49,564 bases of DNA from Octopus sinensis. Taxonomy: Eukaryota. The stretch lies in assembly GCF_006345805.1 (NCBI RefSeq), contig NW_021831686.1, forward strand, positions 1-49,564. The letters are read 5' to 3'. This document shows positions 10,901 to 23,007 of the stretch, one piece after another (positions within the stretch are counted from its first letter, which is position 1; each line of letters opens with the position of its first letter). The notes below the pieces were generated by a model that worked only from the letters and a program-made list of their open reading frames with translations, did no database searches and had not been told where the DNA came from. Position numbers and translations under genes: made by a program.

Positions 10901-13503
10901 ATGTCTACTAAAATTAATAGTAAATATTTAAGTGCATGAATATTAAATTATGAATTCTTTTATTAGTGTGATGTTGCTACTCTTAACTAGTTTTTCTCTT
11001 TTCAGGGTTAATTTGGCGCATTTTTCTAATCCGAATTTCATATCCATTTCTTTGGTAAATCCATGAACTGTCTTTAATAGTGTTTCCAGTTGTTTGTCAT
11101 TTGCAGCGTATAGTTTTAGGTCATCCATATATAAAAGGTGGCTGATCGTTTTGCCGTAACATTTATATCCGCATCCAGTTCTATTCAGCATATCAGATAG
11201 AGGTGACAGTGCCAAGCAGAAAAGGAGTGAAGAGAGCGTGTCTCCCTGGAATATTCCTCTTCTAATGGGGATGGCTTTGGTTTTCATGAGTCCCTCTTTT
11301 GTTTGGAGCTGTAGCACTGTTTGCCATTTATTCATAGAATGCCCTATGAATTTTATAATTGTTGGTGCTACTTTTTTAATGGCTAGTGTTTCGAGGATCC
11401 ATGTGTGGGGGATGCTATCAAACGCCTTTTTGTAGTCGATCCAGGCCATACTGAGGCCTTTCTTCTTTCTGTAGCTGTCTTCAGTTATGGCTTTATTGAT
11501 CATTAGTTGATCTTTACAGCCATATGAGCCTTTGCGGCATCCTTTCTGCTCTTCTGGGAACAGGTTGTTTTCGTCCAGGTGCTTGTTTAACCTTTGCGAT
11601 ATCACTGCAGTAAATGCCTTGTACATTGAAGGGAGACAGGTTATTTGTCTGTAGTTTTCTGGTTTTGCTATCTCATTTGATTTGGGAATTAAGATGGTTT
11701 TCCCCTTCGTGAGCCATTCAGGCATTGTCTCTCGCTCTGCTAGTATGTTGTTAAAATTTTCAGCCAATTTTTTGTGCATTCCTGTTAGATATTTCAACCA
11801 GAAGTTGGGGATCTTGTCATGCCCAGGTGCCTTCCAGTTGCTTAGTCTTTGCAGTGCCTGGGTGACCTCTTCAGTTGTTATGGGAGTCCAAAGTTGCTCA
11901 GATGCTGAGTTTGTTGTTTTAATACTCCTTTTTTTTGGTTGTTCGGTCGCCGACCATATTTCTCTCTAGAATTCTTCGACTTCTTCTGCCGTTGGTGCTG
12001 CAGTGATTTCTATTTTATTTTTGCCAAGTTCTTGGTAGAATTTTTTGGGGTTGGAGTTGAACTTTTTGTTTTGTTCAAAGAAGCGCTGGCGTTTCTCGTA
12101 CCGGCGGATCCTTTGTGCTTTGGCAAGGATATCTTGCTTCAGCTTTTCTTTTATCTCAGGTAAATCTTTTTCTGTGATGGTATATTTGCGGATTATTTTT
12201 GTTTTCTTTTTGTTGCTCAGTAGCGTTGATTGTCTACTGATTTCATTAAGAATCGACAGATCTTTTCTCATTTTTTGTATTTTGTTTTGGATGTTATTTA
12301 TCCACAGGGTTTGTTTGGGTGGTGGTACTCCAGTTTGGATGGGTTTGAGTGAGTATCCAGCTTCTTTTGTGGCTGCAGTGGCTGCTGCGTATACTAAGTC
12401 ATTTAGCTCAGTGGTATCGCTTTTTGTTTCAGTGGCTATTAGTTCCGTGACGGCTAGGTTTATGTTGTTTATAATTAGTGTTGTTGTTTCGTCTATTTTG
12501 ATTTTTGGGAGGTATGGTCGGTGGTCCATTTTGAGCTCTGTGGTTTTCAGTTCTTTGATTATTTTACTTTTTATATTATCATAATCATTAGGCTCCTCTT
12601 CGTTGTTTACATCGTGTTTTAGCTTTGTATCGCTTTCTTTCTTATTTATATGTTTGTTTGCCGTGTTTTGGCTTGCTGTTTGTCGTGTATTATTATGCAT
12701 CCTTACGGTCTGGGTTTGTTGTTTTTTGTTTACATCGTGTTTGTTGGGAATGTTACGTTTGTCTTCGTGTTTTACAGTTTCAGTGTTTATATTATTGGGC
12801 ATTGTTGTGTGGCTTCTATCTACATTTTCCTGTTGTATTTTTTCTTTTAGATGTTCTATTTCTATTTCTGATATTTTTTTGCGTTGAGAATGTATCGTCG
12901 TACGTTAGCTAATTTATTAGGGTTCATTGCTGTATCCAAGTCTATATTTATGTTATTTTCCTTCCATATTTTATATGTATGTGTTGTTGTATTTTCATTT
13001 TGTGGGTAGTATGCTGTGAAGTATGCGTGTAGGATAGAAATGTATTCCTCACGCGACCATTTATGTCTTTTGGGTTTTATTTGCGGGACATAAGGAAAAA
13101 CGTCCGGCCCATTATTTTGACGGTCGTCATTTTCGTAGGGTACCGGTCCGTTCATTTCTGTTGTCACATTGTTTTGCACGTGTAGTTTTTCGTACATTTT
13201 GTGTTGTAAGTTTAAAGTACGTACCTCCCGATTGTTGTTCTTGGGTTGAATAATATCGGTGGTATTTAATTTCTTCGTAGTTCCTTTGTACATGGTGTTT
13301 GGGGTCGGGGATGATCTGGTGTTGATGGATCGTAATGTTTCACGCATGTTTACATGTGTCGTGTTAGAGGTATCGTTTCGAAAATAGTAATAAATTTCAA
13401 TTAGTATTACTTACTCGGATACAGTCCAATCCTTTGTTAGTAAATCTTTGGCTCCATACGATGTCCTTGTTTTCGATGTTTGTGGATAGATTTCGGAGCT
13501 CTG
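10901..13503 (-). mobile_element. R4/Dong-clade non-LTR retrotransposon lacking the C-terminal half, flanked by (TAA)n on both sides
   Basis: N-terminal KWSREEYISILHAY; RYEKRQRFFEQNKKFNSNPKKFYQEL; RT motifs ENYRQITCL, EEQKGC, WIDYKKAFDSIPH, GIFQGDTLS, HLLYMDDLKLY. (ATT)n at 10816-10900 and 13504-13573. Confidence 0.85.
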
Positions 13504-13509
13504 TTATTA

Positions 13510-13603
<94 letters not shown>

Positions 13604-14544
13604 TGTAGTAGAATTTGCAGCAGTAGTAGTAGCGGTAGTAGCAGCTGCAGTAATATTAGTGATCCTGGCAATGTTAGCGCAGACACGTTTATGCAGGGAA
13701 AGGAGTCATGGCTTCACATCATAATAGAATGTTTTTTCAGTTTTTCTACCTCTCTCCTCTTTCTCTTTCCCTTCAGCTCTCTGCCAGTACGTGTAACACC
13801 ATTACCTCCACGACGACATTGACGACATCACCCCCCAACAACAACAACTACAACAACGCCACCATCACACCACCATCACTAACTTCGTCAACAACGAGGA
13901 AGATACAATATACACCCCGCCGTGTAGCTAGTCTTGATAAGAAACACAGAATATGTACACACTTAGCGATTGCTATCATGAATAGCGCAAATTGATGGGT
14001 TGAACCAATCAACCGAATGGACTAAGCTGTATTCGTCGCTTGGCTCTTCTCTAAAGGACTGTAATGACAGCAAGGTTTGCCAACTGGACGCTTCAAGTCG
14101 ACGGCTACTGCTTGAAATATTCCTAGTTAAACGATTATAAGGTCAAAAGCCATCCACAATTTCATTAGAAAATAGTGGATTAATTAAACTCAGGCACATA
14201 CACACAGAGACACATGCAGACATACTCACGTACATATATATATATATATATTATATATATATATTATATATATATATATATAACTTACTTGGAAGAGGAC
14301 GCGTGGCGTTCAATCATATAATAATTTAATAAATAAAACATATGCATACATACACACCAACATCTATATGTATATGTACATATATATATGGGTACAGGAC
14401 ACCACCAAAAAAACTTAGAACACAACGAGAAACGAAAACATAAAAACAAAACATGGCAACGGACTTTTTTTAACAACGAAAAAACAGAGTACAAGACATA
14501 CAACACAAGGAACATTCCCGTTTGTATGTATATTCTTTTATTCT

Positions 14545-14760
14545 TTTACTTGTTTCAGTCATTTGACAGAGCCCATATTGGAGCACGTCCTTAACGGGTT
14601 TTAGTCAAAGAAATCGACGCAAGGACGTATTCTTTGTAAGTCTAGTACTTATTCTATCGGTCTCTTTTGCTAAACCGCGAAGTTACAGGGATAGAAACAC
14701 GCCAACGTCGGTTGCCAAGTGGTGGTGGTGGGAACAAACACAAAGACACACACATCCATA
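14545..14760 (-). mobile_element. SINE module B, minus strand
   Basis: ttcttttacttgtttcagtcatttgac...agtacttattctatcggtctcttttgc... Confidence 0.75.
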
Positions 14761-14761
14761 G

Positions 14762-14883
14762 GTGCAGGTGTGGCTCTGTGGTAACAAACTTGGTTCTAAA
14801 ACACATGGTCCTCAGTTCAGTCCCACTGTGTGGTAATTTGGCATGTGTCTTCAGCTATAGTCTCAGACCAACCAAAGCCTTGT
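14762..14883 (+). mobile_element. SINE module A, 5' part, interrupted by the RTE LINE; resumes at about 17271
   Basis: Ends at accaaagccttgt; after the LINE the module continues with atggatttcgtagacaggaactgaaa. Confidence 0.7.
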
Positions 14884-17268
14884 CACTCCAAGAAAATGGG
14901 CCGACCACGCATTAACACTGCCAGAACCTCGGACCCTACACTGCGACAATGTTTTGCTGTTTCTATCAAAGTTGCCCTCAGTAGCTGCCCAACCTCATCT
15001 GCTGAAAGTAGGTGGAATTATATCAGGGAAGTTTTGTATCAATAGATATTTTCGGCATGAGAGAAAGGCAAAACCCAGGTTGGTTCACTGCTGGGCTCTC
15101 AAATCTGGAAATAGTTATCAAAGCAAAGCATGCAGCTCTGATGCAATACAAGAGGGATTCTTCAACAAAGTCACTCGAAGAACTCAGAAAGGCAAGAAAT
15201 AAAACCCAACTGACTGCCAGACACTGTGCAAATAGGTATTGGCAGGAAATCTGTCAGAGTATCCAGTCAGCTGCTGACAGTGGCGACACCCGTGGGATGT
15301 ATGCCGGTTTGAAGAAGATCCTCGGTCCATCCGCAACCAAGTCAGCCCCTCTGAAATCAACTACTGGAGATCTCATCTAGGACCAAAGCAAGCAAATGAA
15401 TAGATGGGTGGAGCACTACCAGAATCTCTACTCACGGGAGACCACGGTAGCTGAGGCTGCAATCGAGGGTGTCAAGATCTTGCCAGTCATGTGCGAACTT
15501 GACAGTCTGCCATCTATAGCAGAGCTCACCAAGGCTATTGACTTCCTAGCAAGTAACAAGGCTCCAGGAAAAGACGGCATCCTCTTAGAGATCATCAAAT
15601 CCGGCAAAAACACCATCCTGCTTCGGCACCTTCATGAGCTTCTGTGTCAGTGCTGGGAAGAGGGTACAGTCCCTCAGGATATGCGGGATGCTAACATCAT
15701 TACACTATACAAAAACAAATGTGACCGTGGTGATTGTAACAATTACCATGGAATATCTCTTCTAAGTACTGTTGGAAAGGCCTTTGCTCGCATTATCTGC
15801 CCAGGCTGCAACTGCTTGCTTCTCTAATTTATCCAGAATCGCAGTGTGGTTTTAGAAGAAGCAGATCAACTATTGACATGATATTCTCCATACGCCAACT
15901 TCAGAAGTCCAGAGAGCAGAAAATGCCATTATATATGGCCTTCATTGATCTGACAAAGGCCTTTGACTTGGTAAATAGAAAAGGCTTCTTCATCCTGCTC
16001 CAAAAAATCGGATGTCCACCAAAGCTGCTGAGGATCATCAAATCTTTCCATGATGATATGCAAGGCACCATACAGCACAATGGTTCAACATCAGCCGCCT
16101 TCCAAATAAAAAATGGGGTAAAGAAAGGTTGTGTCCTTGCTCCTGCATTATTTTGCATCTTCTCGCTGCTGCTGTCACATGCCTTTGAGATATCAGATGA
16201 TGGAGTGTTTCTGCACAGTAGAAGTGATGGGAAACTGTTCCATCTCTTGCGTCTGCATGCCAAGACCAAAATCAGAAGCGTCCTGATCAAGGAGATGCTA
16301 TTTGCTGATGAAGCCGCTCTGGTATCACACACAGAAGAAGCCCTACAAAGGCTCATCAACTGTTTTGAGCAAGCGTGTATCAACTTTGGCTTAGTTATCA
16401 GCCTCAAGAAGACCAACATCATGGGTCAGGTTACATCGGACATCCCAAACATACAGACTACAGGAGGTGGAGAAGTTTACTTATCTTGGCTCTACCATCA
16501 CCTACAACCTATCACTTGATGCTGAGCTCAATATACGCATTGGCAAGGCAGCTGCTGTGATGGCCCAACTCTCCAAACGGGCATGGGACAACAATAAGCT
16601 GACCAAGACCACAAAAATGAAGATTTACTACTGTATGGAAGTGAGACTTGGACGCCATACACATGCCAAGAGCATCACCTAAATATCTTTCACCGGCGCT
16701 GCCTCCGGAAAATCCTTCGCATCAAATGGCAGAATCATGTCCCCAAGCAAGCAGGAATATCAAGCATGTTTGCACTTCTCACACAAAGACGTATGAGATG
16801 GCTTGGACATGTTAACCGTATGTACGATGGCAGAATCCCCAAGGACATACTCAACGGAGAGCTTGCAAAGGGCACTAGGTCTGTGGGAAGGCCGTTCTTA
16901 CGATACAGGGATGTTTGCAAAAGGGACATGAATACCTGCAACATCAATATTACCAACTGGGAAGCAGTTGCTAGCAACCGTGGAGATTGGCAACGTACCG
17001 TAAAAGAGGGAACACAAAGGAGTGATAGAGAGAGAGAGAGAGGAGAAATGGAACGACAAGAAAATACGTCAACAAGAAACTATAACATTACAACCAGCCA
17101 GGCAAAGTCTTCGCTACATTTGCGACAACTAGAGTGAGTGTTTGTCCAGGATAGGACTACACAGCCACAGCAGGAGATGTATTAGAACATGAAATGTAAA
17201 AGCTTGACTAGATTATTTTATGCGCAACTCCATTGTCTCCCGAGACAAAAAGGATGCCAACAACAATA
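14884..17268 (+). mobile_element. RTE-clade LINE, 5'-truncated, frameshifted
   Basis: RWVEHY, APGKDGI, CNNYHGISLLSTVGK, AFIDLTKAFDLV, GVKKGCVLAP, MLFADEAAL, FTYLGS, RMRWLGHVNRM..GRIPKDILNGEL; 3' end tcccgagac...ggatgcc(aac)n. Confidence 0.9.
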
Positions 17269-17546
17269 AATATGGATTTCGTAGACAGGAACTGAAACAA
17301 ATCAATCATATATATATATGTATGTATATATGTAAGTCTATGTGTGTGTCTTTGTGTTTCTCCCTCATCATTGCTTCACAACTGCTGTTCATTTATTTAC
17401 ATCCACATGACTTACTGGTTTCACAAGAACAAACTAACAGAATAAGTACCAGTCTTATCAACATAAAAAAGCACTAGGCTGTGTCTCATATTTTTGTTTG
17501 CCCACTCAGTTGTATCTATCAATTTATCTTTGCATGTGTGTATGTG

Positions 17547-17769
<223 letters not shown>

Positions 17770-17774
17770 CACCC

Positions 17775-19035
17775 TAATGGGAGCCTTAACTCCAAAATTT
17801 TAGTAATTTCTTTTATGATCCAAAACTAGGTCAAAAGTACTGAATGGATCTTTATGAAATTTGGCAATTATATTCTATGCATAAGGGCCATATGCCCCAT
17901 GACAATTCATAAATTTATGCTGTTGATGAAATTTTAACCATCGATATTAGACACATTATAAAATTTCATCTACTTACAAGTTAGAAAGACCCCTCCATGG
18001 GGACTTAACACCCACAATTTTGTCATTTTATCTAAGCAAAAACGAATACAGTTATGCTCTTGGAAGCATAAAAGTTGAGCAGTATTTCTAATTCAATGGT
18101 ACAACAGTGTAACAGTTTGCTTTGAGATAGACTTACATTGTGATTTCTGCTGTGTTGCATAAATTGTCAAGTAAATGAGAGGCATCGTTGCGTCCACTGA
18201 TTCAGTTGCAAAGTGTTGAGTAAAGTTATTTGATTGCAGACCTCCTTTTAGTCTTTTTATTATCACTGGGTCACACATAGTCCCCAGATGGTAACATTGA
18301 TTTCAAGGCCTTCCCAGATGAGTGACTGGTTATTCAAAGACATTTATAGATTGTAAACTTATTCTGTCCAGTTACGTATCAGTATAGTGGTCATTTGCAA
18401 ACTCCAGATGTGACACTTTAATTTCTCCTTAGCCCTCACATCACACAGTTGTTAATGTTGATTTCAGTTGGGTCACGCCCTTCCAATTGCTATAGATTCG
18501 TAATGCATCTTACGGCTGTGCCTGACACCTGGATGGTGAGGAATCCTACATTGAGAGTGGTACCGACTAGAGTAGGGTAACGGACTGCATATTGTGATCA
18601 TTCGTCTTTTGGTTTCCTGTAGCTTTGCTCTCTTTTACAAACCCAGTGAACATACATTTCCTATTTCAAAGAAATTCAAACAATAAGACCCAAGTTAAAA
18701 AGATTCTCAACAATTCAAATTCTCTGGTTGACATTAAGATGCCAACCCCCAACAGGGGCCTTAACTCTCACATTTTAGAGCTCCATGACCTTCATTTTTC
18801 AGGAGCAAAATCTTTTTAACAGGTTCAATAAGACTGGAATTTTGGAATATGCGCAAAAAATCAGTAATATAGGATACATGGGGCACGATTACAATTTTTT
18901 AGGGTGTGTAAAGAGGGAAATAACCCTCATATGTAATTTTGATGAAATTCGAAACATAGATATTCCAGTTAATTACAGAAAATATAACAGAAAAGTCTAA
19001 TTCTTCAATTGAATGTAACCGGGCAACGCCGTAAA
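17775..19035 (+). mobile_element. Possible non-autonomous Helitron-like element
   Basis: Motif ggg(a/g)ccttaac..c..aatttt occurs three times (about 17778, 17999, 18734) and the region ends aaccgggcaacgccg, which resembles a Helitron 3' hairpin start. No clean CTAG-T terminus and no coding evidence. Confidence 0.3.
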
Positions 19036-19309
19036 ATTATAACTAAGGGTATCTAAAAGATACCCCCATGCTAGAGATAGCAGTCAAAACTTGACTCTAC
19101 AATCACATAAAGTATTCACACAGCACCAGGAGAAAAGACAAATACACAAATAAACTAGCAAAAGAAATCATTGGATAAGTCCAGATCTAGATTCTGGCTT
19201 TCCATAAAAATATATTCTCTGCCTCATCAGTGGGATATACACAGATAGTACATGATTACAAATATATATATATATATAATATATATATATATATATGTAT
19301 TTATATATA

Positions 19310-19576
19310 TAAATTAATTAGAGATAAAACCACTATTAGGCAAATCAAACAGTGAAAAAAATAAACCAAAACATAAAAAAAATATTATAATAGTATAATA
19401 TACAAAATATAAAAATATAAAATTTAAAATTAAACTACATAAATTAAAAATTTTTTAAATTTTTAATTTATATATACAAATTTTGATATTTATATATTTA
19501 ATTTAAAATTTTTAAACTTTATTTTTTTATATTTATACTTATATTAATATATTTATATATATATTTTTTTATTTTA

Positions 19577-19641
<65 letters not shown>

Positions 19642-19880
19642 TTAAATATTTTGAAATTTATTTTATTTATTTTTTTATATATAACTACAAAAATGTTTTA
19701 AAAAGTTTAATATAATAAGTAAAACCACTACGTACGTTTCATGGCCATAACCCAATTCGAATTACAATAATTTAAATTCAATTAAAAATTCGAATTATAA
19801 TTATAGTCAATCTTCAGGTTAAAGATAATAGTTAAATAAATAAGCAAATATATTTAAACAATATGTTTTAAGAAATAAAT
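19310..19880 (-). repeat. AT-rich dispersed repeat (pseudo-LTR-like) with hammerhead-like motif, copy 1
   Basis: Colinear with 32455-32830 (gagataaaaccactattaggcaaatcaaacagtg ... aaaccactacgtacgtttc ... tcttcaggtta). The head also occurs in both orientations at 24045-24230. Confidence 0.8.
19724..19820 (-). ncRNA. Hammerhead-like motif with long stem II and weak stem I
   Basis: Minus strand: aac CTGAAGA [about 70 nt self-complementary] GAAAC gtac GTA gtgg; stem I has only about 2 bp. Confidence 0.4.
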
Positions 19881-20189
19881 AAAATAATAATTTGAAAAAG
19901 TTAATTTGTATAAACACGAGACAAGTAGCCTTGTTTGTCTCGTGTTGGATATGTTTAGCCCTAGCTTGGACCTTGCTGAAGTCTCGAGTATAACCAGCTG
20001 AAACTGCAAAGATAATCAGGAACTCGACTGACGAAAGACCTGTCCTTGTTTTTTTCCTGTCCCCTTTTGTACCATCTAACTGTATTGATGTTTTGTTGTC
20101 GCCTGTTGCGTTCTTGTCCGATTTTTTGTATAATGAGTCGCAGATTTTTTATATATCTTTGCGATGTTTTAATAATAAAGTGTATATAT

Positions 20190-20410
20190 GTATAGGTAAT
20201 TGCAACTATTAGTAGCTTGGAGTTTTAACTGCTCTTTCTAGCGAGTCAGATGTCCTGTTATTGGTCATCTCTTATGTGTTTAAATGTACACTGTATTTTT
20301 CTATAAATAATATATAGTCTATTGACTAAATTTTCCTTCTCGCTAGACCACTGGCAACAAAGAATTTTTCTATAAATATTTTTTGCTACCATAAGACTTT
20401 AATTAATGAT
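20190..20410 (-). repeat. Dispersed repeat, diverged copy of 35700-35900
   Basis: ggtagcaaaaaa...tctag(c/t)gagaa.gaaaa..tagtcaa.agactatat...gagcag.taaa is shared in opposite orientation. Confidence 0.6.
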
Positions 20411-20539
20411 AAAAGGTTTTTGGCTAATTTTGATAGGAAATCGGTAATTTATTTACTGCCAGATAGTTTCGCATTTGCGCGGAGGATTCGAAAAATTATA
20501 ACATATAGACACGAGGCATGTTACTTATCGCCTTATATT

Positions 20540-20572
<33 letters not shown>

Positions 20573-20667
20573 GCATATAAACTTACATGCAAACATCAAA
20601 GATTCCGGCTGAGTGCGTTACCGTTCAAGTATATGTAGCGTCTAATTTTGCGGATGAATTTGTCATC

Positions 20668-20736
20668 GGGCAGTTTAGCTTAGTGATAGAGCACCCAGAG
20701 TCTCGATGGATGTGGGTTCGACTCCCATGACTGGCT
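20668..20736 (+). pseudogene. tRNA-like sequence (tRNA pseudogene or SINE head)
   Basis: A box tagcttagtgatag, B box gggttcgactccc, partial acceptor stem (cagt/actg), T7 run at 20746-20752. The anticodon arm does not fold. Confidence 0.45.
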
Positions 20737-22018
20737 ATGGAGAAATTTTTTTGCTTTGTAAGGGGTAGTTTAACCAGTATTTCTGCTGTTCTAATGACAA
20801 ATCTCCGTTCAGAAAAAGAAAAAAATCATCTTATTTGTATCGTTCTATACACATTTCGACGTTTACAAAATCAATTGTTTGTTCATATTTATTTATACAC
20901 TTAGTTCTACATTTAGTTATTTAGCCACAAATTACACTGTTGAATTTGTCTGAGGGCAGTGGGTGACAGCCAGAGACGCAGGCGAACCGTAGTGAGCTCA
21001 CCGTATTTTAATCGAAATTGACTGCAAAGTTTTATCGTAATTTGTACTTAGTTTATCAGTTTGACACCCACACGTGCGAATATAAATACGTTTGTGAAAT
21101 TAAATTTTTAACACATTTGTTTTCAAAATATTATCGTTCGCATAACATAGATATAAATGTTATATATATTTACTTTCACTTTTTTCTTTCGCTTTCTTCC
21201 ATTCTTCTATGCTTGCTTTTTCTGATACAAGCCCTTATTTCCCTTTCCAATTAAATAATAGCATATTTTACTGATTTCTACAGTAAGAAAAGTGATCAAA
21301 AATACGTGCACGCATACATGCATACATAGATATGTATATGTATGCATATGAATATATAGATATCTAAGCGTGTATATATATGTGTTGAAAGTTACGAGAC
21401 GATGATGAATCAAAACTGCTTACTATTTATCATAGTTGAATATTACGTCATTGACATTTGTGCACTATATATTTACTTATATAATAATGAGAATAAATAC
21501 AAACGATCTTGATTGTGGAAAGCATTAACATTAACAAATCAAAATAATATAAAAAAAGAATTAAACCATTATTAAATTAGTAAGTAGTATTTTTAACTTA
21601 ATATTACCTGTTACCTTTTTTTTTTTAAATAATAATAACCACAATTCCTGAGATACATATTTACAGGCGTGAATTCAGGATAACCCGTCCTCTGTTTTTG
21701 GTGTTAAGGAGTCTACTTCTAGAATTTAAGATTTGGGATAATTCTTTTATACGGAGAAAGCAATAGGCATTTCCAATTTTATAGGCACCAGCCCTGCTTA
21801 TTATTTCCCACTCCAAAGTAAACATTTTGTTCTTGTCCTAAGGCTAGTATAAAACGACTTATTTCTATTATTAAAGGTGTAATTGTGGGTTAGAAATTTG
21901 CTTCCCAACGATATGCTTCCAGATTTCATCACGCTGCGCGAAACCTTCAATAGCGTCAGGTGGGACAAAGCGTTGTGAATAGATTTGGTTGACGGAGACT
22001 GAAAGAAACTCGTTGTAT

Positions 22019-22499
22019 GAGTAACTACTGCATTTGTTGAATATATAAACAGTTCGGCTACTTGTTTCTCTGGAGACTGTCAAAATGATGCGGACGCCTC
22101 TGATGAGAACCCAATAAGGTTCGAAAATCGATTAAGGTTGTTCATCATTCTTTCAGTCTGCGTAGAAATGGCTAAAAATTGCCGTTTATAATTATGCCAT
22201 ATGTTACGTATACGTTATATCATGCTTTGATACTGTGTGGACTAAGATACCCGTTGACATCCCGCTGGTATTTATAGGGCGTTAAACACTTTCGGTATGC
22301 AACTTAGGGACGTCTTCATAGAGTAACTGCTGTAGTCGCTGAGTATATAAACAGTTTGGTTGCTTGTTTCTCTGGAGACTGTCAGAATGATGTGGACGCC
22401 TCTGATAAGGTTAGAAAATCTATTAAGGTGGTTCATCATTCTTTCAGTCAGCGGGAAAATGGCTAAAATTTGCCGTTTATAATTACACCATATGTTACA
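22019..22499 (+). repeat. Tandem repeat, 302-bp period (about 1.6 units), each unit with a hammerhead motif
   Basis: 22019-22209 aligns to 22321-22499 (gagtaact...tgtttctctggagactgtca...gccgtttataatta). Confidence 0.85.
22096..22138 (+). ncRNA. Minimal type I hammerhead ribozyme, UUA site after 22134
   Basis: gcct CTGATGA gaacc-caataa-ggttc GAAA atcgat TA aggt: canonical core, 5-bp stem II, palindromic aatcgatt stem III. Confidence 0.8.
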
Positions 22500-22604
22500 T
22501 TGTATGTATGTATGTATGTATGTATGTATGTATGTATGTATGTATGTATGTATGTATGTATGTATGTATGTATGTATGTATATATATATATATATTATAT
22601 AGGA

Positions 22605-22760
22605 CTGGGAGTGGGTGTGTGGTAAGAAGCTTGCTTCTTAACCACATGGTTCCGGGTTCAGTCCCACTATGTGGCATCTTGGGCAAGTGTCTCTACTATA
22701 GCTTCGGGCCAATCAAAGCCTTGTGAGTCGATTTGGTAGATGGAAACTAAGAGAAAACTT
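22605..22760 (+). mobile_element. SINE module A
   Basis: gtgtggtaagaagcttgcttcttaaccacatggttccgggttcagtcccact...gtagatggaaactaa. Confidence 0.8.
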
Positions 22761-22778
22761 GGTATATATATGTATGTG

Positions 22779-22813
<35 letters not shown>

Positions 22814-22930
22814 GGTGAGTGAGTATAGAAATTCGGGTGAGTACTTGATAATTATAAGCACCTGTGTATACCGTTTGGGGTGTAGGTGGTGAGTAAATTG
22901 ATCAAAATAAAACATGATGCGAAGGATTCA

Positions 22931-23007
22931 GCGGTACATATGTTTCGGGCCTTTATTAGACAGATTTATACAATGCATAATGTATGTCTGTGGCCTTCTT
23001 CAGCCGC
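22931..23007 (-). ncRNA. Type I hammerhead ribozyme (minus copy)
   Basis: Minus strand: gcgg CTGAAGA aggcc...ggccc GAAAC atat GTA ccgc. Confidence 0.8.

Noticed and set aside
13400-13503. HDV-like ribozyme at the Dong 5' end (gctcc/ggagc pairing)
   Set aside because: A P1-like helix is present, but I could not build P1.1, P2, P3 or the catalytic J4/2 strand.
18468-18535. Candidate 68-nt exon (ttcag acceptor, gtgagg donor, one open frame GSRPSNCYRFVMHLTAVPDTWM)
   Set aside because: Short AG...GT pairs with one open frame are expected by chance; no homology recognised and no partner exons.
19048-19075. gggtatc-taaaa-gataccc hairpin followed by CTAG as a Helitron 3' end
   Set aside because: CTAG is followed by A and belongs to gctag(a/g)(a/g)atagcag, a motif also seen at about 7168, so it is probably a different repeat.
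19960-20050. ctgaag...gaaac and ctgacga motifs, plus the hairpin at about 19913-19946
   Set aside because: No consistent stems I and II or cleavage triplet; at most a heavily decayed relic.
21667-21817. Candidate exon between atttacag and gtaaac
   Set aside because: Stops in all three frames.
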